64,000 nt of DNA from Carcharhinus longimanus (taxonomy: Eukaryota). Every line of letters starts with the position of its first letter. Position 1 is the first letter of the stretch. The DNA is taken from NCBI GenBank assembly GCA_030264375.1, contig JASCQW010000156.1, positions 21,296,072-21,360,071 on the forward strand. The letters are read 5' to 3'. Made by a program: the position numbers and the translations under genes. This document shows, one piece after another, positions 52,041 through 64,000 of the stretch. The notes beneath the pieces are model-generated. The model had not been told where the DNA came from, searched no databases, and saw nothing but the letters and a program-made list of their open reading frames with translations.

Positions 52041-52759
52041 ATTCCTGCATCCTCTTTATAATTACACCCTCTATATTATCTCTCCTTGTTCTTCTATTGA
52101 AGCTCCTTCTGCTGAAACTGATATCACTTCACCTTTTTTTGTGTTGAGATGTATAGGATTGTTGGGGCTTTATAAATAGAAGCAGAGTACTAAAGCAAGG
52201 AAGCTCTGATTAAACTGTATTTAAAAAATTGCTGGCTTGGCCTCAACTAGATTATGTGTCCAACTCCCGAGCACCACACTCTAGGAAGGACGTGAAGGTT
52301 TTCAAAAAGGTGCAGAAAGGATTTGCAAGAATGTTTCCAGAGTTAGGTTTCCAGTTATGAAGATAGGTTGAAGAAGCTCGTTGTGTTCCGTAAAAAAGTT
52401 GAGGCGGTTTGATACAGGGATTCAAAATCATGAGACCTCGACAGAGCAAATGGAATAAATCTATTCTCATAGCACAAGGACCAAGAATACTGATATAAAG
52501 CAAATGGCAAAGGCCCAACAGCAATATAAGGAATAAACGTACACTGCAAGTTCACATTCCTAGTGGAATGTACTCAAAGAACGTAATGGTGGCCTTCAAC
52601 TGGACGAAGCACCAAATGGGAGATAATTTGCAGAGTTACTGGGTAAGAGCAGTGGAACGGGACTCGCCAAGTTGCTCCTGCAGACAGCCAATATAAACAT
52701 GATGAGCTGAATAGCCCTCGTCTGTGTTGCAATCATTGTATGTTTCTATTATAGACACT

Positions 52760-54860
52760 GAGAGAATGAAGGGACCCCTGAAGTCACATGGCATCAGGTC
52801 AAACACAAGAAAACCTCCTGCCCATCCATTTACCAATTACCATCCACCTCCTCGCCCAACTGATGAATCAAACCATGTCAAACACCACTTGCAGGAAGCA
52901 CCAAAAGTGGCCAGGGCACAGAACATTATCTGGGTGTGGGATTTCAGCCTCCATCACCAAGAGTGGCTCAGTAACACTATAACAAGCCAAACTAGTAGAG
53001 TCCTGAAGGACAAAGCTGCAAGACTGCATCAGTGGCAGTGAGGAGGAAAACAGGAGGGAGAAATGTACTTGATGATATCCTCACCAATCTATCTGTTGCA
53101 GATGCATCTATCCACAACAGTATTGGTAGCAGTGACCATCGCACAGTCCTCGTGGAGACAATACCCTCCATGCGTAGCATTACCACTGGACGGGTTAGAT
53201 TTTGAACAAATCCAGCAATTCAAAACTGGGTACCCTTGGGGTGTTGTAGGCCATCAACAGCCAGAATTGTACTCAACCATAATCTGTATCTTCCTAGCCC
53301 AGAATGTCCCTGATACTACCATTACCATCAAACTAGGGAATGAACCCTGGTTTATTGAAAAGCACAGGATGGTATGCCAGGGATCACCAGTCATGCCTAA
53401 ACCATTAGGTTTACCTAATGAAGCTACAGGACTATTCTTGTGCCAAATAGCAAATGCAGCATGCAATAAACAAAACTAATTTACCATCCCACCCACCACA
53501 GAAATCAGAGGCGAGGGGTAGACCATGTAAAGGTCCGTTGATCTCAGACAGCATTTTACAGTTTCTGGATGAGCGAGGTCGTAAAATCCTATTCTAAGTG
53601 TTCCATAATCAACAGATCGAAGCTAAGCTCTGCAGTCCTGCCATATCCAGTGGCGAATTGTGGTGAACATTAAAAAAAACTGGAGGGAGGCTCCACTGAT
53701 ATCCCCATCTTCAATGATAAGGCAGCCCATTACATTAGAGAAAAGGACAAGGCGGAAACATTTGCTACAATCTTCGGCCGAAGGTGTGAACTGGATAATC
53801 CATATCAGCCCCCTCCAGAGGTCTACAGCATCACAGATACCATTAAGACCATAAGACATAGGAGCAGAAGGCAACTATTTGGCCCAAGAGTTTGTTCCAC
53901 CATTCAATGAGATCTGATAATCCTCAACTGCACTTTCCCACCTTATCCCCATTACCCTCCATCTCCTTACTGATTAAAAATGTCTACCTCACATTTAATG
54001 ATTCAGCCTCTAAAATCCTCTAGTAAAGGACTACACAGGGTCACTACACCCAGAGGAGAAATTCCTCCACTTTGGTCTTAAACAGGTGATCACTTACTCT
54101 GAGATTATGTCCTCTGGTCCGAGACTCTTGGTGACAAGGGGAAACAACCTCTCAGCATCTACCCTGTTAAGCCCCCAACAATCCTATACATCTCAATACA
54201 TTCTGCTAAATTCCACTGAGTACAGACCTAACCTACTCAAACTTGCCTCATAAGAAAATCCCTCCATACCTGGGATCAACCTAACAAACCTTCTCTGCAC
54301 TGCCTGCAATGCAAATATATCCTTCCTCAGATAAGGGGACAAAAACAGTTCACAGTATTGCAGGTATAGTCTAACCAGTACCCTACGCAGTTTCAGCAAA
54401 ACTTCCCTACCAGTCTGCGGCCAATTCAATTCACTCCAAGTGACAGCAGTAAACAGCTGAAGGCACCAGATATTGCAAAGGATATGGGCCCTGACAACAT
54501 TCTGGCAATAGGACTTAAGACTTGTATTCCAGAACTACCTGTGCTCTTAGCCAAACTGTTCCAGCACAGCTACGACACTGGTGTCTACTCAGCAAAGTGG
54601 TAAATTGCCCAGGAATGTCCTGTCCAGAAAAGGCTGGACAAATCCCACCCAGCCAATTACTGCCCCATCAGTCTACACTCAATCAGGGTCAAAATCCTGG
54701 AACTTTCTCCATAACAGCAGTCTTTGTATGTACACCACATGGACTGCAATGATTCAAGCAGACAGCTCACCACCCCTTCTCAAGGGTAATTAGGGGTGGG
54801 ACAATAAAGATGCTGGCTTAGCCAGCAATGCCCATATACTGTGAAGGAATAAAGAAAAAT
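52760..54860 (+). mobile_element. LINE family L-B fragment with nested minus-strand CR1 (about 53848-54412)
   Basis: Endonuclease-like remnants (DF..HHQEWL, SDH) and an L-B tail. The nested CR1 reads LQAVQRRFVRLIPGM on minus. Confidence 0.75.
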
Positions 54861-55349
54861 ATCCTCTTGGGCAGTGTATGTCAAACACCAGGTTTGCTAT
54901 ATTCTACACTTGTCTTGATAGTGAGTTCACGCTAACTACTTAATGACACTTAGGAACAACTCAAGTTAGAGTTTTAGTGATATAACTAAGCATAGTTTGC
55001 TTGTGTTTCAGATGAAGCAGGGGAAGGAACTTGATGAAGTGCAGGGAATGGGTGTGCTTGAAACAGTCAGCTTCCTCTGTTCTCAAACTATCGAAACGGT
55101 TCTGGCTTCAGTCAAGTGCAAGAATGCTTCATCTTGCCTTGTCCCTTAATTTCGCAACTGCATTTGATAACCAACTACAACAACCTTTCCCTCAAATGTC
55201 TAATTCCGTGACACTTCCCCTTGCGTGGTTTCAACTTACCCGAGCAAACAAAACTAACACATCTCCAGTGATGGCTACATTTCACAGACTTGCACCACTG
55301 TTCTCTGCTCTCATCTGCCACAAACACTGATCAAGGCATGGTAACTCAT

Positions 55350-55815
55350 TTACATCTGGCATTTATTGTAGTAAAATATCCCAAAGCACTTAACTGTAGC
55401 ATTACCCAAATTTGACACCAAGTCACCCAAGGCAGACGAAAATAAGTCTCGTCAAACAGGTAGCTTTAAAGGGGCTTGAGGTATTAAGCAAAAAGAGAAA
55501 AGCAAGGCAGAGATAGAGTTTTAGTAAGGGAATTCTAGAGGCCTGGGCAACTGAAGATAAGGCCACCAGCAGAGGAGCAATTAAAATCAGAATGCTGAAA
55601 ATCAGAACCAGAACCGCACGTATCTTGAAAACTGGGGGTGAGACCATGAAGAACTTTGAAACCAAGGTTTAGAATTTTAAAATCAGACCATTGCTTAATT
55701 GGGTGCCAAAGTACATTAGCACCACAGATGAGGTGGGCGAATACCACTGCATGCGAGTTGAGTCACAAGCAGCATTTTGGATGACAAGTTGACGCTAGCA
55801 TAGAATGTGGAGGCC
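55350..55815 (-). mobile_element. L2-like LINE 3' fragment
   Basis: Minus-strand remnant LWHPIKQ..DFKIL..FKVLHGL resembles the L2 ORF2 end. Confidence 0.7.
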
Positions 55816-57204
55816 AGACAGAAAACAAGAAATAGAAGCAGAAGTAGGACATTTGGTCTCTTGAGCTTGCTTCACCATTCAATAAGATCAAGACTGATCA
55901 GAATGTGGCCTTCACTCCACTTTCCTGATTGTTCCCTCATTATNNNNNNNNNNNNNNNNNNNNNNNNNNNNNNNNNNNNNNNNNNNNNNNNNNNNNNNNN
56001 NNNNNNNNNNNNNNNNNNNNNNNNNNNNNNNNNNNNNNNNNNNCAAAAATCTGTCAGGAATGAACTTGAAGAGCCACGTTTAAAGTTAACAAATGCATGG
56101 ACTACTCTCCAATTAAACATTGTTAAGATTTAAGCCAATCATTGCTCCACTATAAAATTCCCTTGCCACTAATGAAACCTGACAACCATTAAGAAATGAA
56201 CAAAACTGCAGAACTTTGGTGACCTATGTTGTCCAAAGCTCAATTTCAAATTGCACATCCTGTCCTTAATAAAAAAATCTCTAATTCCACTATCATTCCT
56301 ATCTCAATCCCTCCACCCATGAACTGTTCAATGCTAAAACTTCTCAATAATTCCAATGCATACCTTGCTAACTTGGTACCCCTTTCCACTCGCACCAAAC
56401 AAATCCCACATGTAATTCCAATTAAAGCAACATTCCACACTAATCTAACCCAATTCCTCCAGTATACTAAAATTGCAATCCTTATCCATCCCTCAAATAC
56501 CTTGTTAATTTTCTTTCTTTTGTAACCACCTCCACATACCTAATACATTCCATTTGAACTGATGAACAGATTTTTGTTAGGCAATGGTATTGAAAGATCT
56601 GGAACCAAGGCAGATAAATTAAGATGTATGTCACCCATAATCTAAGAATTACAAAAAAAATGAATGGTATGCTCCTGTTTCTATCTTACTGGTAGAAGGG
56701 AGCTTGAGTGCCATGGTTTCTTCTCCCCCAACACCCCCCCACCATCCCCTATCCTTATAGCCCTCTCCTCTAGTTTATTTAAAAGGCAGAAACACATCCC
56801 TTTGTCCCTCTAATCTCCTTCAGGCTTGTTTTGGGTTAAAGATTCTGTACAAATCTAAGTTTTGTTGATTGCCAGTCTCTACATGATAGGTTCAAACACT
56901 TCTAGTGAAGTACCAAGCATGGAACCCTTAATATTTCTGCTTTGATAGCATGTCTTCAATTATGTATTCAGTAATAAGCCACTTCTGCTAAAATAAAATT
57001 GACAATTAGCTACTTTGAAGCTAGGAATTCCACTTAAAGGTTTGATCTTTGAACTAAAAGAATCATGCGCACTTTAACATTAAGAATTCATGCATCTGAT
57101 CTTAATCTTCACTGACCCAAACTCCTGAATGTCTTGATTCCAACTTAGTGTTGAAATGTCTCAGGAGTCCACAGGCAAAAATGACGCTGGAGTTACTTGC
57201 TGTG

Positions 57205-57620
57205 TTGGCCATGGCTCAGTTAATAGCACCCTCGTCTTAAGGTTTCAGGTTCAAGTCCTCCAGGGCTCAAGAACAAAGATCAAAGCCGATGCTCCAGTGC
57301 AGCACTGAGGGAGCACAATACTGTTGGAAGTGCCATCTTTCAAACCAATTCCCCCAATCTGCTGTGCAGGTGGATGTAAAGATCCCTTGGCACTATTTTG
57401 AAGATGAGCAAGGGAGATATCCCCAGCGTACTGGCCAATATTTACCCAGTTAACATCAAAAAGGCTAAAACGGTTATCATATTGCTGTTTGTGTGAATTT
57501 GTTATGTGCATATTGACTGCCACATTTCCTACATTACAACAGTGACTACACCTCATCACTTTATTGTCTGTAAAGCATTTTGGAATGTCTAAAAAGGCAT
57601 CATATGTACAATGCTCCATT
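57205..57620 (+). mobile_element. DeuSINE (SacSINE1/AmnSINE1-related)
   Basis: tRNA-like head, Deu-domain-like core (caggtggatgtaaagatccc...tggccaatattta...attgctgtttgtg...tttcctacattacaacagtgactacac) and an L2-type tail. Confidence 0.8.
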
Positions 57621-57739
57621 TTAGAGTTTGAGTCCTTACATCTATTTCTTTAAAAAAAGGTATTGCTCCAACATTTGGGAAGTTGGTGGGTGGGGAGTGG
57701 GGGAGAAGGACTCAAAAGGAGAGAGAGAAACCATTGTAA

Positions 57740-59045
57740 TATCACCAGACTAGTAATCCAGAAGCTCTGTACGCCCTGTCCCACCAGCAGAACAGACACA
57801 GCAAAGGTGGCAGCACAGTGGCATACAGTCAGGAGTGAGTTGTTCTGGGAGTCATTAACGTTGACCTCCTGGCTCCATGGGTCTCATGGCATCAGGTCAT
57901 GAATGGCAAGGAAATCTCCTGATCACCACTTACTGCACCCCTCTCAGCTGATCAGTCAGTAAACCTCCATGTTGATCATAAATTGGGAGGGGAACAAAGT
58001 TGCAAAAGCACAGCATGTACTCTGGATAGAAAAGTTCAATGCCCATCACCAAAGAGTAGCTTAGCAGCACATGCTTGACCTTGTTCTCACCAATCAACTA
58101 CAAATGCATCTGTCCATGGCAGTACTGGGAGGAGTGATCTCTGCCCAGCCCTTGTAGAGACAACGAAGCATGTTCACCGGAAGGTATCCTCCCTAGTGTG
58201 GTCTGGNNNNNNNNNNNNNNNNNNNNNNNNNNNNNNNNNNNNNNNNNNNNNNNNNNNNNNNNNNNNNNNNNNNNNNNNNNNNNNNNNNNNNNNNNNNNNN
58301 NNNNNNATGAAGGTATCCTCCATAGTGTGGTCTGGCATTACTACAATGCTAAATGGGACTGATTTCAAACATTTTTAAAAACAAAAACTGGTAATCCACG
58401 AAGCACTGGGCCATTGCAGCAGAAGAATTACAACCACAATTTGTGACCTCATGGTCTGGCATATTTCCCACTCCATCATTGCCACCAAACTAGGGAAACA
58501 ATCCTGGTTCAATGGAGAGTGTAGGAGGGCATGCCAGGAGCAGCACTGGGCATTCCTAAAAGTGTGTCCAAAGTTAGGAAGATACAGTACTGGACTACTT
58601 GCACACCAAACTGCAGAAGCAGCATGTGATAAACAGAACTACAGAGCAATCAACAGATCAAATTCAAGCTCTGCAACCCTGCCACATCCAATCAGAAACA
58701 GTGGTGGACCATTAACCAACTTATCAGAAGTGGCCCCACAAGTATTCCCAATTTTAATGGAGAGCCTAGCACATCAATGCAAAAGACAAGGCTAAACCAT
58801 TTACATACAGCCAGAAGTGCCAAGTGGATGATTCATCTGTCTCCTCCCAACTCCCCCACATCACAGATGCCAGGCTTCAGCCAATTCAATTCACTCCATG
58901 TGGCATCAAATAAACTGGTTATTGCAAACACTATTTGCCCCTGACAACACTGCAACAGTAGTACTGAAAACATATGCTTCAAAATTAGCTGCACACATAG
59001 CCGAGTTGTTCCAGGACAGCAACAATACTGGCAACTACCTTGCAA
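57740..59045 (+). mobile_element. LINE family L-B internal fragment
   Basis: Contains WFNGECRRACQEQ and is colinear with 52760-54600. Confidence 0.75.
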
Positions 59046-59536
59046 TATGGAAAGAACATTAAGAAATAGGAGCAGGAGTAGGCCATCCAGCCCTTCGAGC
59101 CTGCCCCGCCATTCAATAAGATCATGGCTGATCTGTNNNNNNNNNNNNNNNNNNNNNNNNNNNNNNNNNNNNNNNNNNNNNNNNNNNNNNNNNNNNNNNN
59201 NNNNNNNNNNNNNNNNNNNNNNNNNNNNNNNNNNNNTATAACAGGGAAACCAATCAGTATTACCAAGTAAGTGATCATATGAAATTTCCTTTATTTGTTC
59301 TGAAGATGGACTTCAAATGATGTCTTGAAGACGTTTTGAAGAGTGAGTGGAGTATTGACGTGTACAGGTACTGTTAAGCATAGTATGCTTAAGAAAATTC
59401 TAGGCTCTTGAAAAGGTCAGAGTTCAGCACAGAGCTGCAATATTGAGGTCTGAGTCAGGAGGTCCATGTGGAAGAATTAGGAACTTCAAAATTATTTTGC
59501 ATCTTCAGATTAATATGGGACTTGATCATGACAACA

Positions 59537-59852
59537 TGGCACAGTGATTGGCACTGCTGCCTCACAGCGCCAGGGACCTGTGTTCAATTCCCAGCTTGGG
59601 TCACTGTCTGTGTGGAGTTTGCATGTTCCCCCAGGTCAGTGTGGGTTTAGCCTGGAAACTCTGGTTTTACCCCACAGTCCGAAAGATGTGTGGGTTAGGT
59701 GGATTGGTGATTCTAAATTGCCCCTTAGTGTCAGAAGGACTAGGTAAGCTAAACGCATGGGGTTGTGGGGATGGGGCGAGGGAGGGATTATGGTTGGTGC
59801 AGATTCAATGGGCTGAATAACCTCCTTCTGCACTGTATGATTCTATTCTATG
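59537..59852 (+). mobile_element. V-SINE, tail a
   Basis: Full-length copy. Confidence 0.88.
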
Positions 59853-60239
59853 ACACACAGCAACCTTACCAGTGAAGTCATGGAGCAAAAATGAGAATTT
59901 CACGATCTGTTTCACTCAAACTTAATTATCAGAACTCAGGCAATAATTAACTGGAATTGTCTTTAACTGAAGGCTAAATGTCAAGATTTAAACAGGAATG
60001 TCAATAAGTATTTATCCTAATTATAGTAAATAACAGTTCTACAACAGTTTGTAATGATGTTAAGAATAGATTACAATCAGATCCATGTTTGAATTGTATC
60101 AATCCACTGTGTATCCACAGCATGGTTCTATAAAATGGCAATTAGCTATTGTCCATGAGGGAGCATGGGCATCTTTTTCTGTTTGAGACAGACAAGTACT
60201 GATATAGATCGAGAAGCACAGTCCATAAGAAGCACTTTA

Positions 60240-61025
60240 AAAAAAAATCATTCAAGGGATGTGGGCTTTGCTGGCATGGCCTGCATTCAGCTAATTGCCC
60301 TTGAGAAGGTGGTAGTGAGCAATGTTCTTGAACCGCTGCAGTCCATGTGGCATAGGTACACCCATGATGCTTTTAGGATGGGAGTTTAACCTGGTGACAG
60401 TGAAGTAATGGTGATATATTTCCAAGAATGGTTTGGAGGGGAACATAAGTGGTGGTGTTTCCAAGTATCTGCCACCCTGATCCTTAGGGATGGTCCTGGT
60501 TGTGGGTTTGAAGGGTGTTGTCTAAGGAACCTGTCGTGCATCTTGTTAAAGGTACATACTGCTGCTACTATGTGTCAGTGGTGGAGGGAGTGAATGTTTA
60601 CGCAAGGGATGCTCATCAAGTGGGCTGTATTGTCAAGTTTCTTGAGTATTGCTTTCATCCAGGCAAATGGAGAATATTCCATCATACACTTGACTTGTGC
60701 ATTGTAGACCTTAGACCAACTTTGTGGAGTTAGGAGCTGAGTTAGTTGCCACAGAATTCCTAGCCCCTGACTAGCTTTTGTAGCCACAGTATTTATATGG
60801 CTGGTCCAGTTCAGTTTCAGGTCAATGGTAAGCTCCAGGATGTTGATAAGGGGGATTCAGTTATGGTAATGCCATTGAATGTCAAGTGGTGATGGTTAGA
60901 TTCTCTCTTGTTGGAGTTGGTCATTGCTTAACATTTGGGTTAGTTGCCACTTGTCAGCCCAAGCCTGGATATTGTCCAGGTCTTGCTGCATTTGGATATG
61001 GATTGCTACAGTGTCTGAGAAATTG
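60240..61025 (-). mobile_element. LINE family L-B 3' portion
   Basis: Minus-strand remnants MQQDLDNIQAWADKWQ and YNAQVK..MEYSP. Confidence 0.8.
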
Positions 61026-62479
61026 TAAATAAGAACATAAGAAATAGGAGCAGGAGTAGGCCATCCAGCCCTTCGAGCCTGCCCCGCCATTCAATAAGAT
61101 CATGGCTGATCTGTCGCTGCTCAGTTCCACTTTCCCAGCTATGACCTATCCACAAAAAACAAGACAAGTTCAACCTAGTCAATTATTACCCCATCAGTCT
61201 GTTCCCGATCAAAGTGAAAGGTAGTGCTGTTGATTATGCTATCAAGCAGCACTTACATGGGATTAACCTGTTCATTGACAATCGGATTTCACCTGGCCAC
61301 TCAGCTCCTGACCTCATTACCTAGCACAAAGGAAGATGGCAATTGTGGGTGGATAAAAGTGACATCCACACCCTGTGAAAGAATATGTTTAAAAATGAGC
61401 ATGCTCAACTAGCAAAATTTGGCTAGGTCCAATTTCTTTGCTGCCTCACTGAATTATGTACAGGATTACATGGAATAGGCAATCCAAGATATAACTTGTC
61501 AGTCAGGCCAACCAATCCAAGAAATAATTTAGTGAAAAGCAAATGTAAATTTGAGCTAAAGAAAAATCTCGCCACTACACCTCGACAAAATCTTCAATTA
61601 GGTTAAAAAATCTGAGGTACTCTGAGGTTGGAGAGTCAAATGAAGGTAGGCAAAAACTTCTGGAGCACTCCCAGCGGCAACTGGGAAATTCCCTTACAAA
61701 GAACTCACACATCCCAATATCACCTGTTTCTAATCAGGATCACAGTGAAAATTAAGCTTGGCACCAGACAGAAATACAGGCTAAATGGCTGGTCAGCATG
61801 CTACAATTACAGCCTTTAAGCTACAAACCAATTGGAGAGAAATCTTGTACAACTTGGATATTTGCAAAGAGCATTCCTTATGATTTAAACACTGGATAAC
61901 AAAAATGAGCAAGAAAATTAATTACAGTTCTGCCCTTTGTCAAACTAATTAAAATGAACCAATATCTGACACGTCAATCTGGCTGAATACCATAGAAAGA
62001 GTTCGATCAAACTGATCATCTTGGCTAGATAATAACAGTCACAATGTCTAAGTGGGGTTTCCTTGCTGATACCAATTTAGGGGCAGGCTTTGGTCACCAA
62101 ATCAGAAGGTTTACCAAAAAATTCCAAGGAAGGGAAAGTTAAAGGGAGCTGAAATGTGTTTCGGAGGCAGTTTTTTTAAATGCCAAATGTGATAAAAATT
62201 CAGTTCACGAAGTTAGAAGATAAGGTGCATCTCAACCATTTTGAGTCTAGAAGGCAAACTGCAGAACAAAAGAATAGTTAAGCTGGAATACAATGACCAA
62301 GAGTAAAAGACAAAGGCCAAGGATGATAACTAGCCTCGGCTTCCTTGGAAAAATTCAAGTATTTCAGTGAAAGACAACCAGAAAACACCACAGCAAATGT
62401 GTTTTACTACGAGTGATGTGCTGTTTTTTTAAAACCAAGATTTTACAGAATGTGAGTTGGTAATCTACTAGATATTTAA

Positions 62480-63302
62480 CATAGCTTGTACTGTGCCATT
62501 GCCTAGTCAGTTGACGTGAAGGCTTAGAGGGAGTAGTGTTGAAATTTGCAGATCCCATCATAAAATTAGCTAAAGTTAAATCTTTGAATAGCGAAGAAAT
62601 ATTGATAAGATGCAGAAAGTGGTTTAAAAATTGGAATCCCGTAGTAATTAACTGCGAGGTGATAATGTAGCTATAAAGAAAGCAGTCATTGCACTCTAAA
62701 TAGCAGACATCAGGCTACTGGAAACGCTAGATGTAGTTAGATGCACAAGGTTATTGGCCATTAAAGGCAGCACACTGGTTTGATATGGTTGATTAATACT
62801 AATGGAATCCTAGACTTGCCACGTGTAAGTTGACAGATATGATAAGCTCATGTAAAATTTTAATAAGACTTGTTTAGCTTACTGAGTATAGTATTGGACT
62901 CTAAACTACATGAAGAATATTGATGCCTTATGGTGATGCAACCTGAGACAAGGAAACAAATACAAAAAATAAAGATTCTGGACTTTGTCATTCGAGCAAT
63001 ACAGATCAGGTGAAAAGACAAAAGTACTTAAAATTATAAAAGGTCAGAACAGGGTATATAGAAGCAGGCTAATTTTAGTAGGTGTAAGATCTGGAACAAA
63101 GAACCACAGATGCAAGATTTAAAGAAAGCAATATAAATTTCTTATGGATATGGAATTCACTTTCAGGGTTAGTAGCTGAGGCAGCAATATAGATAGGATA
63201 TTATGTTGGATAAGTAGACAAAAGCCAAAAGAATAAGGGACCAGATAGATTGTACCAAATGGCCTGTTCCCCATGTTGTAACTTCTATATAATCTATGAT
63301 TC
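62480..63302 (+). mobile_element. Very old CR1 fragment
   Basis: Decayed RT end and tail aaatggcctgttccc...tctatgatt. Confidence 0.55.
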
Positions 63303-64000
63303 ACTTAATTTATGCCATGCCTATTAAACAGTTGTTTAATATATCCAAACCATTTGTGTAATCCTCAGTCTGGTGTTATTTACCTGTAGCTTTGTGATCA
63401 AGGATATTAAAAAAAGTAGCACTAGTTAATACACATCACTGCTTGATCCATTTAGCTCAGGTATATCTATAACTGGTATGGATAGGCTTGTGCAAACCAG
63501 GAGAGATAAGTTGAGCCATCCATGTCTCAGAAAAATGTCTGAAAGATTTGTGTGATAACGTTTTTTATTGAAATTTTGAATACCCCAAGATTTATCCTTC
63601 ATTTATTTTGTGAGGCAAGGAAGAATAGAAATATATTTTGAAGAGTTTTCTGAAGATGACAGATAGATACAGCAAGTATACAGGTAAAAACATTCTGAAG
63701 TTGAGGATTCAAGTGACTTCAGGCTGTCAATGGAGGCTGCAAAGAAATTTAAATAGATTCTAGACGATGGTTGCAAGCTGTAAAGGCGATTTCAGAAATA
63801 CTATGGGGTGAGGCCAAGTCGAGCTCTGCAAACAAGCACTCTGAATTCACTCATTTGGGGAATAGAGCTGGTTGGTACGAGGGCCAGAATAACAGTTGAG
63901 AACAGGATATGGGCTGTAAAATTCAAGCTAAATTAGAACTTGTGTAGGTCGAGATTAGGGCAGGCAGTTAAAAGAACAATGGAGAAAAGTCTGGTGTGGT

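Noticed and set aside
58181-58334. Repeated aaggtatcctcc.tagtgtggtctgg around a gap
   Set aside because: Probably the same gap-overlap artefact.
59374-59392. Short palindromes TTAAGCATAGTATGCTTAA and TACTGAATTCAGTA (46980-46993)
   Set aside because: AT-rich and short enough to be expected by chance in 64 kb.

Overview
Vertebrate genomic DNA, most likely from a shark, judged by its HE1/V-SINE, CR1/HER1-like LINE and DeuSINE repeat content. It is a draft assembly with many N gaps. Two genes lie on the minus strand in the same order as in human. TMEM240 is compact: coding exons 1, 2 and 4 are visible at 3173-2378, and exon 3 is presumably lost in the gap at 2679-2778. SSU72 shows exons 3, 4 and part of 5 (10681-4074), and its stop codon lies only about 0.9 kb from the TMEM240 start. 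Everything above 10682 appears to be one very long SSU72 intron. Its 3' end carries a clear U12 (minor spliceosome) branch point, and no exon 1 or 2 is visible. This intron is filled with decayed CR1, L2, Rex1-like and other LINE fragments and at least four SINE families. I see no intact transposon ORF, RNA gene or CRISPR array, and no clearly new multi-gene system. The best leads are: a possibly >53 kb minor intron; a stop-free, in-frame 90-nt SSU72 intron; a V-SINE subfamily whose tail matches a Rex1-like LINE rather than CR1 (apparent partner switch); a CR1 insertion carrying inverted copies of DNA from both flanks; a ~1 kb local duplication; and a four-fold tandem amplification of a SINE 3' tail. 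Repeat boundaries and family names were assigned by eye and are approximate.
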